DNA of 64,000 nucleotides, taken from positions 62,001 to 126,000 of IMG/VR virus record IMGVR_UViG_3300042305_001773; one strand, given 5' to 3'. Positions within the stretch are counted from its first letter, which is position 1, and every line of letters starts with the position of its first letter. This document shows positions 20,801 through 28,274 of this stretch, piece by piece. Position numbers and translations under genes: made by a program. The notes below the pieces were generated by a model that did not search any database, was not told where the DNA came from, and saw only the letters and a list, made by a program, of their open reading frames with translations.

Positions 20801-20824
20801 CTTAAATTGAATATTTGATGGCAT
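11879..20824 (-). CDS. Giant multi-LamG (concanavalin A-like) fibre/adhesin (2981 aa)
   Basis: IQFKRGT N-terminal module; about 13 LamG-type modules, mostly LLLHxDGANGSTTFTDSS...AISTAQSKFGG...YIDELRITKGVARYTANFTPPT. Confidence 0.88.
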   Translation of the reverse strand: MPSNIQFKRGTAAALYALNPVLLRGEPGLEIDTNKVKYGNGVTPWRDLPYSNPALEVVDGGEFTAGAVPAVPGTFSPPTLPGLKLWLDADNVDYVHRVANRVSLWEDASDSDAKFVQSNKANRPTVANQLANQDVVTFDGENDAMIGKLDLPEEFTLLVALRRRGASADGKVIAAYTANNNTELVLCGTETGGEFGVFFDGEYSATQAVDNLVPVVYTLQFSLAGLSTRLNGLNTVSVEGFTVPPMTHLSLGGSRSDFADDNYSGDIAEIVLYDSVLSAADLLDAENYMMERWSVVSAVHPLCEGMKAFWPLNEETGARLDITAAEVPLTPTGTVGFDSGVIENAAEFTGGNNYLQAPSDFALDGSFAISAWFKAASMAGGRSVLVQNWAAGNASGQVELGFGDDGSDTNAVFGRIATDDDIYTVVVPDLEANLWHHVVLVYSATANTLTLYLNGSQAAQVATLGSFSAGNIPLRVGIGDQTATQNDLACVVDQLGIWDRVLSLQDVQMLYNYELGKEDFTADVYGDNVSLLLHMDKPANAGVGTDGGNGDPYFNDVSLLLHMDGANGSTTFTDSSANAVTVTANGSAAISTAQSKFGGSSLSLGNGYLDSGDFSDFEDMSEGDWTLEAWVWRPSSVGDATVLNLSNTINVPYGLHLWIGSDDALRWDEGTQQCAIGGVVPREQWVHIAAARANGTVTIYVDGTSVGSSAIAPLAGPYRLLIGAMQPNNIGFTSEMYIDDLRITKGVARYTANFTPPTAEFPNQAGQSLLDPDFDKVSLLLKMDGANGSTNIVDSSPLAGSATAEGTVQISTAQSKFGGASLKCPDTDTDYLDGFPGVDLSSGSWTVECWFLSAGPSVVNNQQVLGAGSQNFPNRWIMDVAVADNSIYMRALGAGNTPSADSFPSTPTPYTYGSWAHLAWVNNADANEFKMYVNGVQVYSGTAFNLPKYATVQVGQQAADFGPQEFYIDELRITQGLARYTAAFTPPTASFPLGYTKVVTMPTVETALLLHFDGASFVDSGENGLTVTANGATLSTTESKFGGSSGYFNGSGSWLSIPDSSLWDFVNAGDFTIEMWLNFTDTEQPTSICGQSGGGGGNPKWGLYWNAPVIPGSALGFHLGSAGDIVFGQWSPVAGDWYHLALCRSGDDWYAFSNGTLIGTVNDSARPALVSSDLRIGADGENYRTFNGYIDELRITKGAALYTANFMPPTLPFPNPPAGPALLLHFDGANGSTTFTDSGKNGLTVTANGDAAISTAQSKFGGSSLFMSRSGGGYLSIPYSSALDFGTGDFTAEWWMRLSNTSDTSIFGGATQCGTWSVNCATEVRMGVGCTGWDLSSSGWVCPVEQWVHVAVARHSGTLRFFADGAEIASAPNSVSYVLNPTDMLTIGTSQAPYTVEGYIDDVRIVKGAAVYTANFTPPTEPFATTSTPAPDLLLHFDGANGSTTFTDSGKNQLAVTRAGNAAISTAQSRFGGASAYFDAASALTIAPTAAIDLSSGDWTVETWWRPESDSSGVGDGSHTLITVGESAAAAQVRISAYAGVSAFRLLCSTGAGWLDTTLAGTYAPAQWHHVAATRAGDNFRLFIDGLQVLSFTYAGSLLTNPGPTYIGADANLASAASFSKGHIDELRIIKGTALYTENFNPPAAPFLNPTITLVPPPGVDPYFNNVSMLLHMDGENNGTTFVDSSPNALAVVATGDAVVSTGEIKFGSASGYFNGGSNSFLTAPASANFAYGTEDFTIECWVNSADLSSWHVIYGQSTSGNNYCVLGTENGLVQFIFNYSNPGAYVYGGSITADTWHHIAVCRKEGMATVYVDGVGGVPAACTFDFANTTFTPQVGSYGHSPSYNFDGYIDELRVTKGVARYTDNFTPPTAAFPDAAGGGGGGTGPITTFIDTSKHNHEVAATGSAYLNLEDIKYGNASGEFAGGHCEIAMSPEFAFDDGDFTVEFWGKLSYVQYSAVFSTASTAEEAGTYLIGFSDDTNMFGFCYDMDNFTFVSANIAEYYNTWAHYAFVRLDGVLKMYINGAEVATANTNINLDGGTQTTAVIGRRWTNEDDYYLDGLIDDFRITKGVARYIAEFNPPTKALPDPVIPPATQPTGDPYAENVTLLLHMDGANGSAVFTDNSYLQNTVTDYGNAAISTAQSKFGGASVLLQSDDCLTVDGDFDLESADYTVEWWMRFTSTEPNDRYVCFENNSGETWGLINNNSTLDWNYFGSSSPFSVTFPALGYWNHYAITKIGSTRTFYIDGVSQGTTTSAVIPTGASRISIGASTINYQLAETDCYIDDLRITKGVARYTANFTPPTVPFPNPFVPGPTADLLLHFDGADGSTTFTDSSTNALTVTANGNAQISTAQSKFGGASLALAGAGTLVVASSNDFAFGSDDFTVEVWVFLNSTAGPQHIMEWRNYDENNSPAWYISDGNVRWYVNAADRISASANITANQWHHLAVCRSGGITKLFIDGVQSGSDFIDSTNYQVNPTNRPLIGGYSPSTAVLNGYIDELRVIKSTAVYTSNFTPPTAPFRATADVTPTDVTGCDLWLDSTGDIGEVNGTIVTWADKSGNGRTATPADYAPAPFVAVGEGPNGQDVVRFSGDPNVLDVGYQFNLKNSSGFMVFKQANNDHAYARILSFQPDSGLDYNSLDGATINVNAPSDRLTFYNASCTGNYGNDECGAYPTTLPLDWTLLSYTVNADGLLKLRVNGEEVSTTLYADMAAKQGGDLFIGHGGSLAANESLIGDIAEIVIFDHALGEAALIALERGLINRCLPPPPFNTVLLLHMDGANGSTTFTDSSANTHAVTSNGNAAISTTESKFDGASGDFTGYGDNVQVTPTDPEMFAYGTGDFTIEGWIYPTAPDPGTTIYSQVESGFNYLALQISEGNLFLDHGSANPGTYVWGPAVSNNTWQHFALCRHNGVMRLYLDGVGGDPVNSAFDFNNLTYLPTIGGYAHTAQYGFNGYIDELRITKGAALYTGNFTPPTAPFNT
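12449..12509. repeat. 61-bp exact direct repeat, copy 1 (copy 2 at 19091-19151)
   Basis: gttcgcgctgctgtcggtgaacgtagtactaccgttcgcgccgtccatgtgaagaagcagc read identically at both loci. Confidence 0.85.
19091..19151. repeat. 61-bp exact direct repeat, copy 2
   Basis: Identical to 12449-12509. Confidence 0.85.
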
Positions 20825-20838
20825 GATGTGCTACTGAG

Positions 20839-23559
20839 TTAGGATACGACTGTTATGGGCAAACCAGCGGTGGCACGCAGGTAATCAATGTCGAAATAGT
20901 CTTTAGAGACTTTCGTGATCCTATAGAGATCGCCGGGAAAGTCTACCGCAAAAATGACGCCCGTGGGAGAAGCGCCGTCGCCGGCGTCACCGTATTCGAC
21001 AAGCGGCGGGTGTTGCTGCGTGAAATTTAACACGTGGCTAAATGAGCCGTTATCGTGCAGCATGATTTGATAGCTGCCGAGGTAGCCGGACGTGCCGTTG
21101 GGGGCAAAAGCACTAGAACGGTGAATTGCGTGCTCGTTAGTCAGGTCAATTTCGTAAATAACGCCACGGGCAGCAGGCGAGTTTTCGCTATTTGGCCAGT
21201 ACGTTAAAGCACGCGTTGCCGTGATTGTACCCGTAGCCGTAACCGTACCCGTTGTCGCGACGTTATAGGTAAACGTGTTTGCGTTTACAACGGCGACAGA
21301 AAATACACCATTGAACACAGCCTCGTTTGCCCCGGTTACCTTCACATACGAGCCGTTTACAAAACCGTGCGCCGTTGCGGTACCCGTGACAAGATTGCCG
21401 TCCTGCGCAAGTGCCGTCACCGTTTTGGGCGAATTAGTGCTGCCGGCAAAAAACCCCGCTTGATTGTCAAATATTGCAACAACTTCGTTGCCCGGCGTAA
21501 GCGGATTTACATTAACAGCCCAGCGCGCATGATGCTGGCCTTCAGGGCCAAGATACTGGTAACCCTCTAGTTCCGGCTCGCCTTCAAGGGTCAGCCATTT
21601 GGCGTTATCCAACGTGTACTGGTTTGCCGTCTGCTGAATACCGCCCCACGGTTGTGACGCACCCTGAATCACCCACTTGACGTTTTTAGTCGCGCGCTCA
21701 ACGCAAACAATAGCTGAGCACTGCCGGCAGCTGAACAGCATGTCGCCTGTAACCGGGTGGATATCCACCGAGTTCATGTGGAAGAACGACGCGTTCCGCG
21801 CCAGCGTTGTCTGGTCAAACCTGTCGCTCGTCCACCACTCCCAGCCGATCGTGTTTTGCGGGGTCTGCTCTTGGACATAGACGCCGTACGCTTTGTCGGT
21901 CAGGGCTTGTGAGCCGGCGGTTGGCTGCGTGACGAACGTGTTGTAAAGAATATTGCCACGCTGTTGCGGCGGGCTCTTGATTTCTAAAAACTCGTGATTG
22001 CCAAAGTTGTATTGGTAGCTATTGCCGTTTCGAATAGCTGGCAAAAAGCTGAATTCTTTAGTGTCAATAGAGTCTTCGGTGATCGTCATCGAGAAGCGCG
22101 TACCTGTGCCGTTACGGCTGACGCCGATCTTGTTCCGGTCGTTGCCGTGCTGCGCTAAGTGCGGCGTGCCGGCGTTCTGTACGTACCACACCGGTACGCC
22201 GTTTTCGTCGTACACGATATTGTAGTTGTTGACATTAATGTCACGGCGGCTTGTCGTGATGTAGTAGCCGGGCACGTAGCCGGCTTGCGGCTGTGTTGTA
22301 ATCGTGCCGAGCGGCATATCGGACGGGAGCAGGCGGACATAGTAATCGTCTGTGCCGTTTGTTACGCGAATAAGCTTCCCGACCGAGCTAACACCCGGAT
22401 AAGCGACGCCGTTAACCGTCACTGTGTAGGTGACAGATGAGCCAGCCGCCACAGACGTCGTCAGAATGCCGTAGTCGCGGATTGCCGCGTTGAATGTCGG
22501 ATACAGCGTATTTGTGTTACCGACAATAGAAGCAGTAATTGTGTTAATTGCGCCGGTTACGTTCAACGTGACAAACGCCTCGTAGTTAATAGACGGTTGC
22601 GGAGGCGCCGAAATCGTGTACGTGTTCTCGCCGCCGCCGTACAGCGTTTGAACTTCGGCTGGTGTCAGCGCGCGATTCCAGACACCAAGGCAGTCGATAT
22701 CCGCTGACACAACGTTCGTGCGTCCGAGCATAAACTTGGCTGTGGCGTTCGTCGGGCCAGCGCCGCTAACGAGCACGGCAGCGGTTTGAACGCCGTTTTC
22801 ATAAATGCGCAGATAGTTTTGCGTCGTGTCGTGTACAAAGACAATGTGGCGCCACTGGGCATATGGTAACTCGGTGGCGGTGGCAACTGTTGTGTTTGCA
22901 GTCCCAACTTTCGGTAACCACGTGAGCTTGCCGTCGGGCGCAAAATAAATACGGGCCTGATCAGCTGCGCCGAAGCCGGCGATATTTACAAGCGGATATT
23001 CCGCCGCTGTGGCGCCAAGTAGCGTCCAGTACCCCGGCGAGGGTACGTAGCCAGCGGCGCCAATAAACGTGTGCATCCGCCACAGCTGCCCGTTGAGCGA
23101 AACCATATCGCCGGGGCCGTATGTAACGCCACCGTTATATGCGCCCTTAAAGCGCGTATCGACTTTGACCCACATCGCTAAAGTCTTATGTCCGACAAAA
23201 GCGTTATTTGCGTAATAGAAATTACGCTTTGCCAGCCGCAGTGCGCCGTCGAAACCCGACACTGTCTGCTCCGAAACTCCTTCATACAGCGTGACATTGC
23301 CGCCAGACACGTCATCGACACGCATGCTGTTTCGGTCAAACATCCAGAACGCCATCAATCCTTGGCGCAGCTGGTCATACTGTACTTCGCCGCCGTCGAC
23401 GCCGCCGGACGTCGTAAGGTCAACGACGGAACCGTCAGCTTTTTTCGTAAACAGCCGCCCGTCGGCGGTATTGATAGCTAATTCGCCGAGGGCGAGGTCG
23501 GCGGCTGTCGGTACGGCGCCGGCGTCGCCGCTGCGCTTGTGCTTAATAATGTTTGCCAT
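20839..23559 (-). CDS. Fibre-like protein: LamG + CBM5/12-like + ASST-like propeller
   Basis: IIKHKRSG..LALGELAINTADGRLF N-terminus; YGPGDMVSLNGQLW module; NHEF, FHMNSV, SCRQ, QHHARW motifs. Confidence 0.8.
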   Translation of the reverse strand: MANIIKHKRSGDAGAVPTAADLALGELAINTADGRLFTKKADGSVVDLTTSGGVDGGEVQYDQLRQGLMAFWMFDRNSMRVDDVSGGNVTLYEGVSEQTVSGFDGALRLAKRNFYYANNAFVGHKTLAMWVKVDTRFKGAYNGGVTYGPGDMVSLNGQLWRMHTFIGAAGYVPSPGYWTLLGATAAEYPLVNIAGFGAADQARIYFAPDGKLTWLPKVGTANTTVATATELPYAQWRHIVFVHDTTQNYLRIYENGVQTAAVLVSGAGPTNATAKFMLGRTNVVSADIDCLGVWNRALTPAEVQTLYGGGENTYTISAPPQPSINYEAFVTLNVTGAINTITASIVGNTNTLYPTFNAAIRDYGILTTSVAAGSSVTYTVTVNGVAYPGVSSVGKLIRVTNGTDDYYVRLLPSDMPLGTITTQPQAGYVPGYYITTSRRDINVNNYNIVYDENGVPVWYVQNAGTPHLAQHGNDRNKIGVSRNGTGTRFSMTITEDSIDTKEFSFLPAIRNGNSYQYNFGNHEFLEIKSPPQQRGNILYNTFVTQPTAGSQALTDKAYGVYVQEQTPQNTIGWEWWTSDRFDQTTLARNASFFHMNSVDIHPVTGDMLFSCRQCSAIVCVERATKNVKWVIQGASQPWGGIQQTANQYTLDNAKWLTLEGEPELEGYQYLGPEGQHHARWAVNVNPLTPGNEVVAIFDNQAGFFAGSTNSPKTVTALAQDGNLVTGTATAHGFVNGSYVKVTGANEAVFNGVFSVAVVNANTFTYNVATTGTVTATGTITATRALTYWPNSENSPAARGVIYEIDLTNEHAIHRSSAFAPNGTSGYLGSYQIMLHDNGSFSHVLNFTQQHPPLVEYGDAGDGASPTGVIFAVDFPGDLYRITKVSKDYFDIDYLRATAGLPITVVS

Positions 23560-23570
23560 GTGAGTACCTG

Positions 23571-24416
23571 TTAGTAAGCGCCGCCGTCGATAATAGAGTT
23601 GTTGTAAATAACGGTACCGCCGCCACCAAAATTAATTGGGGCATCATCGGCGGCCGAAAAAGTCATCGTGTTAGATACGGTTAATGTTTTTGTCGCGGCA
23701 ACAACTACGCCGGTGGCGTTTTCACCGGCAGGACCTTGCGGGCCGGTCGGGCCTTGTGCGCCAGTTGCACCAATCGCCCCTGTTTGCCCGTCGTTCCCCG
23801 CTGGACCCGCGGGGCCTTGTGGCCCAGTCGCACCTTCTACGCCGGCCGGACCTGTGCTGCCCTGCGGTCCGCGAATCGGGCCGACGTTGACCCAACTTGT
23901 GCCTGTCCAAACAACGCCGTCGCCGGGTAACGTGCCGACTGGCGCGTCGTTTGGCGCCGGATCGGCGATCAGCCACATATCACCTACATCTGGATTTTGC
24001 GCTGGCGGCCACGTAAGCGCCGTACCTTCAATCGTCACACCGGAACCGGCAGGACCTTGCGGGCCGGTGGCGCCAACAAGTCCTTGCGCACCAGTCGCGC
24101 CGGCGTCTCCAGCAGGTCCTTGCGGTCCCGTTGCCCCCTGTGCGCCAGCAGCGCCCTGTGCGCCGGGCTCGCCTTGAGGACCAGTAGCGCCCGTGTCGCC
24201 AGCAGGGCCTTGCGGGCCTGTAGCGCCGCGCGGGCCAGTCGGCCCTGTGGCGCCAGCTCCGCCCCCGCCACCGCCGTCTGTCAAACCGAGAATGGCCCCA
24301 ATCGTTGTGCGCTTTGTCGCCAGATTGTTCGGGTTTTGCGTATCAACAATCGGGACGATGTCGTTCAGCGTTGGTGTTTGTTTTTCAGGTAACGCTGAAA
24401 TACGTTTATTCGACAT
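23571..24416 (-). CDS. Collagen-like fibre protein (281 aa), paralog of 6062-8602
   Basis: Shares the KRISxLP..IVD..TKxTT N-terminus and WPP..GDxWxI..WTGTxWxNxG domain; Gly-X-Y tracts. Confidence 0.9.
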   Translation of the reverse strand: MSNKRISALPEKQTPTLNDIVPIVDTQNPNNLATKRTTIGAILGLTDGGGGGGAGATGPTGPRGATGPQGPAGDTGATGPQGEPGAQGAAGAQGATGPQGPAGDAGATGAQGLVGATGPQGPAGSGVTIEGTALTWPPAQNPDVGDMWLIADPAPNDAPVGTLPGDGVVWTGTSWVNVGPIRGPQGSTGPAGVEGATGPQGPAGPAGNDGQTGAIGATGAQGPTGPQGPAGENATGVVVAATKTLTVSNTMTFSAADDAPINFGGGGTVIYNNSIIDGGAY

Positions 24417-24428
24417 TGTGCACCTGCG

Positions 24429-24758
24429 TCAGTAAGGGTCGTCGTCTTCTTCTGGCCGCTGGCGGTGCTTGCGTTTTTTCTCGTGCTTTACGCCTTCGAG
24501 ATCATCTGCCGCGCGCACCAACCATTTGGCTAGTTTGCGGGCATCGACAGGCGATAAAAGAGGTAGCTGTGCGCCAAAAACATCGATAACAATTCCTGCT
24601 TCGGTGTAGTTTTCAGCGTCCCATTCGCCAGCTTGAAACCGCGCGGTCGGCGTGTCTTCTTGCGATTTGGCCGCGTTTACGTTTCTAAATTCTATGTGAT
24701 CGGGGTTGTTAACAACAACTGTGGCCACGAAATTATTCCTCCTGAAGATCATCAACAA
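24429..24758 (-). CDS. Hypothetical protein
   Basis: Coupled minus-strand ORF. Confidence 0.65.
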   Translation of the reverse strand: MLMIFRRNNFVATVVVNNPDHIEFRNVNAAKSQEDTPTARFQAGEWDAENYTEAGIVIDVFGAQLPLLSPVDARKLAKWLVRAADDLEGVKHEKKRKHRQRPEEDDDPY

Positions 24759-25005
24759 TTACAGGCGTCAAATCACCAGCGCGAACGGCCACAAATTTGC
24801 CGGCGTAATATTCGTCGGCATCTTCGCGAGAAAAACCATCCGATAAAAGTTTGGCATACATTTTTGCGCGACTGTACACAGCAACCGGTTCTTTGTCGGC
24901 GATGTACCCAACACCAATAAGCGCGACGTCCATATTGTCAAACAATACGGCTTCGGGGTTCAGATCCGATAATTCGGCAAGAATGCGGTGTACTTGTGCT
25001 GTCAT
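24733..25005 (-). CDS. Conserved small phage protein
   Basis: LFDNMDVALIGV...VYSRAKM...GFSREDADEY...TPVIV resembles a widespread phage family (from memory). Confidence 0.75.
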   Translation of the reverse strand: MTAQVHRILAELSDLNPEAVLFDNMDVALIGVGYIADKEPVAVYSRAKMYAKLLSDGFSREDADEYYAGKFVAVRAGDLTPVIVDDLQEE

Positions 25006-25505
25006 TTCCTAACTCCGATCTGGAGATCTTCTAGAAATAAGATAGCAATATCGCTCGCGCGGCGGTAGCCTTCGCGCACACCTTTTTGATATTCAGGGTG
25101 CCCCGGCGGCGTATTTTTTTCGGGCATGTCGGCGATTGTGGCAAGAGCGGCCACAAACCGATTTTGTAACCGACGATATTCTGGCGAGTTTAATACCACT
25201 GATGTTTCAACCGCAGCGGCGGGCGCGGCTACTTCTGCCGCCAAGGCGGGTTTGAGGCCCATTTTTTGCAGCGCCTTCGTAGCTCGCGTCAGAGAATCAA
25301 AGTCACGAAACGTCTGCACCGAGCGCGGCACGTACTTTTGCGCGAGTTGATGCAACGTTAAACACAAGTGTGTCAGCTCTTCGCCTGCCGTCTTTTTTTG
25401 GTGTTTTACTTCTCTGCGCGCTACTTCCGCCCGCGTCATGCGAACAAATTTTTCGCGGTCAGCTTTTTTCTGCACAACTTCAGGCGACAAAACTAGCAAC
25501 TCCAT
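25002..25505 (-). CDS. Hypothetical protein
   Basis: Start reassigned to MELLVLSP, removing the overlap with tmk. Confidence 0.65.
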   Translation of the reverse strand: MELLVLSPEVVQKKADREKFVRMTRAEVARREVKHQKKTAGEELTHLCLTLHQLAQKYVPRSVQTFRDFDSLTRATKALQKMGLKPALAAEVAAPAAAVETSVVLNSPEYRRLQNRFVAALATIADMPEKNTPPGHPEYQKGVREGYRRASDIAILFLEDLQIGVRK

Positions 25506-25515
25506 ATGAATCCTT

Positions 25516-26145
25516 TCATGTGTGTGAGACAGTCTTACGCGAAACGGCAGAAAACAAGCGATAAATTTCTTCGTGTGTAGCGTCAACAGCGGAGTCCGCA
25601 TTGATGTGGTGCACAATGCTTGCGTGCGGACGATGCGCTGCGTGCGTTTTATAAGCCGCCCGCATCCTGTGCTGGTCTTCCAGACAGCGGCGCTCGTAGC
25701 GGTCTGGTTTTGTGCTCCCGGGCGGCCGCCGTTGCCGGACATTTTCAGGCGCGATGTCCATAAGAAAGAGCACGTCAGGGCAGATGTACGACGTCTCACG
25801 AAAAATATTGACAATCAAATCAGTGGATATGTTATTTATTTCGCCCTGATACACGAGCGTGGACAACAACCAGCGATCGCAGATAACAACATGCCCGGCG
25901 GCAAACAGCTCGCGAATGTGCGCCGATAATTCAGCGCGCGCGGCTGAGAACAAAAGCATCTGGGCTGCCGGAGAAATAGGTGCGTCGTTGTGCAGCAGAA
26001 TTTGCCGAATAGCCGTACCAATACTCGTCGTCCCCGGATCTGCTACCTGCGTTGCGGCTACGCCTTCTTTATGCAACCGCTGCAACAACATGCGCGCCTG
26101 CGTTGTTTTACCGGCGCCATCGATTCCTTCGAAACAAACGAACAC
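25516..26145 (-). CDS. tmk: Thymidylate kinase
   Basis: FVCFEGIDGAGKTTQ P-loop, LLFSAARAE, VICDRWLLSTLVYQG, PDVLFLMDI. Confidence 0.95.
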   Translation of the reverse strand: MFVCFEGIDGAGKTTQARMLLQRLHKEGVAATQVADPGTTSIGTAIRQILLHNDAPISPAAQMLLFSAARAELSAHIRELFAAGHVVICDRWLLSTLVYQGEINNISTDLIVNIFRETSYICPDVLFLMDIAPENVRQRRPPGSTKPDRYERRCLEDQHRMRAAYKTHAAHRPHASIVHHINADSAVDATHEEIYRLFSAVSRKTVSHT

Positions 26146-26159
26146 GAGGTTCCTTTCGT

Positions 26160-26474
26160 TTAGCGCCCGGTGATTTGAAAACTAGGCGAATCGCTCCCAG
26201 CTGATTTTGTTATCTTGGTCTGATTGCCAGTAATGTTGATGTCGCCGGGAACAGGGATGATCAACTCGGGCGCCGGCGCGAAAAGCAATAACTCGCGGCC
26301 GTCGGCAAAGCGCAGCGCTAATCCGCTTTGAGTGTGACCAACACCAACGACACTATTTGTTGCAAGCCACACGGCAGCATACTCGCAGAACGCCTTCAGC
26401 TGATCACTGACCAGCTCTGGCTTGTTGGCTGTAAAATCAGCAAGAATGTTATTCAACACTTCGCTTTCGGGCAT
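26160..26474 (-). CDS. Hypothetical protein
   Basis: Start reassigned to MPESEVLN. Confidence 0.6.
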   Translation of the reverse strand: MPESEVLNNILADFTANKPELVSDQLKAFCEYAAVWLATNSVVGVGHTQSGLALRFADGRELLLFAPAPELIIPVPGDINITGNQTKITKSAGSDSPSFQITGR

Positions 26475-27231
26475 ATCGAACCTCTCTTTTCTTTTTAACT
26501 GGAGTGGGTTTGGCCTTTTCTGCCTCAGCCGCGGCAGCACGTATCCCGGTTGTATGTTGTGCAACCATTTTGTCAAGTTTGGCTTTTTGACGACACTCTT
26601 TAATTGCCCGGCTGACGTCACTCAAAAGGTTACGCGCGGCGTGAGAGAACAAGCGAAGCACATAAAACCGCTCGGCGGCGCGCAACGCTAATAGATCGCC
26701 GTCAAGCTGGGTAAGAATCTTCTTTGCTTTTGGCGCGGCCGCGGTGCCATTCGCCGCGACCAGCGCTAGCAAATCTTTAGCGGTACAAATAATGTCGGAA
26801 AGCACGATGATTTGCGCGCCTACCGGACTGCCGCTGACGCGACCACGAAACTCCATATCACGCTTTGTCTCGACCATGCGAAAATCGCGGCTGATGTCCG
26901 CAACCATGGCGGCCACCTGTACCGTCGAGATCTCAGCTATGTTCTCAAACGCGCAAGCACTTATGTTTAGAACATCGTGCAGCAGTGCGCCCTGAATAAT
27001 CGCCGCAATACTGTCTTTCGTATCGTCGGGTAGATAATCGGCGCGGACGTCTTGATACAGTTTATGCGCAATTGTCTCCGCCTGTCGGGCTACCTGTTTG
27101 CTGTGCTCTACAAGACTAATTCCGGCGGTTGTACGTAAATCTCGATAGTGCTGCTCGGCGAAAGCCAGTATTTGCCGTAACGGCACTACTGGGCTGTCAG
27201 ATTTTTTCATGGCATCTCCATATGCCGTCAC
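26449..27231 (-). CDS. RelA/SpoT/Mesh1-type HD-domain protein, degenerate
   Basis: H..xRTTAGISLVEHSKQVA, ALLHDVLNIS, VAAMVADIS, IIVLSDII; the ED motif after HD is missing. Confidence 0.7.
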   Translation of the reverse strand: MTAYGDAMKKSDSPVVPLRQILAFAEQHYRDLRTTAGISLVEHSKQVARQAETIAHKLYQDVRADYLPDDTKDSIAAIIQGALLHDVLNISACAFENIAEISTVQVAAMVADISRDFRMVETKRDMEFRGRVSGSPVGAQIIVLSDIICTAKDLLALVAANGTAAAPKAKKILTQLDGDLLALRAAERFYVLRLFSHAARNLLSDVSRAIKECRQKAKLDKMVAQHTTGIRAAAAEAEKAKPTPVKKKREVRYARKRSVE

Positions 27232-28271
27232 ACAAGTTTGAGCAGCGTTTGCCAGCCTAACTCAAACGATTTGCGGCGCGTTGATAAGTTGTAATTCACC
27301 CGGCGATTCAGGTTGTCGATGTGCATTGGTTCTGCAATAAGCGTTTGCAAGCCAGTGATCAACCGTTCATAGTCTGGCGCTGCGTGAGGAACGCCATTTT
27401 CGTCGTAGTCTACTCGTGTCTTTACGAGCACGCCATTCGCATCTTGATATACAAAGTCAAGCTGCGGCGACAGGGCAAATGAAAGCACCGGCGTTCCACA
27501 ATTAATAGACGTCAAACTGCAAAACCCGTAGTTGTCGCATTCGGCCGGAAAAAGGGTCAAATCGTGCGCCGTGTACATCGCGGGCCGTTTGGCAAGCGGA
27601 GTATTACGCACCAGTTTCACGCGTCCGTTTGTCTTGCGCCCCAGCGTCTGAAAAAATTTAGCTACAGACGGCGCAAAGCGACAGGACGTAATAGCCACAG
27701 TAAGTTGCGCGTCTGGCATGCGTTCCAGCAAATAACCAAGCAAACCCAAAAACTGACTGTTTGCGCAGCGGGCGTTGCGGTCAAACCACGGTAAAAATAT
27801 CTTTACCTGCCGACTGTTCACCGGCTTAGTTTTTTTCGTTGCTGGTAGGCCAACATCAAACGGAATGTACGTGACATTCTTTAATTTGTAGACCTTGGCA
27901 AACAGCTCGCGCGACTCCGAATTCATCGCAATCACGTGGTCAGCGCGCTGCATGACCTTGCGAAACGGGCGCATCAGTTCTTGCCACATGGGAACGATAA
28001 TCGTGCGTATCCCAAACCGCCGTGTAAAGTTCAGCGTATCGAGCCGCGGCGGTTGCGTATAAATAATCGTGTGGCACGTTTTAGCCCAGTGCGTAAACGG
28101 GCATTTCTTTTTGTGCACGACAATGCGATCGTGATGCGTGCAGAGTTTGGCTGGCGGCGCATCGGAATAGATGGTGTATTCGACGCCCTGCGTGCGCAAA
28201 AAGTCTGCAAGCCGCACAGCAAAGTACGCTTCGTCGCAATGGGCGTAGTGTGTATAGATACCAATACGCAT
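27228..28271 (-). CDS. Glycosyltransferase, GT-B/GT4-like
   Basis: DLTLFPAECDNYGFCSLTSINCGTPVL and NGVLV C-terminal motifs. Confidence 0.75.
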   Translation of the reverse strand: MRIGIYTHYAHCDEAYFAVRLADFLRTQGVEYTIYSDAPPAKLCTHHDRIVVHKKKCPFTHWAKTCHTIIYTQPPRLDTLNFTRRFGIRTIIVPMWQELMRPFRKVMQRADHVIAMNSESRELFAKVYKLKNVTYIPFDVGLPATKKTKPVNSRQVKIFLPWFDRNARCANSQFLGLLGYLLERMPDAQLTVAITSCRFAPSVAKFFQTLGRKTNGRVKLVRNTPLAKRPAMYTAHDLTLFPAECDNYGFCSLTSINCGTPVLSFALSPQLDFVYQDANGVLVKTRVDYDENGVPHAAPDYERLITGLQTLIAEPMHIDNLNRRVNYNLSTRRKSFELGWQTLLKLV

Positions 28272-28274
28272 AAG

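Noticed and set aside
25808-25813. Perfect TTGACA -35 on the plus strand inside tmk
   Set aside because: No -10 element at 16-18 nt spacing; explained by coding sequence.
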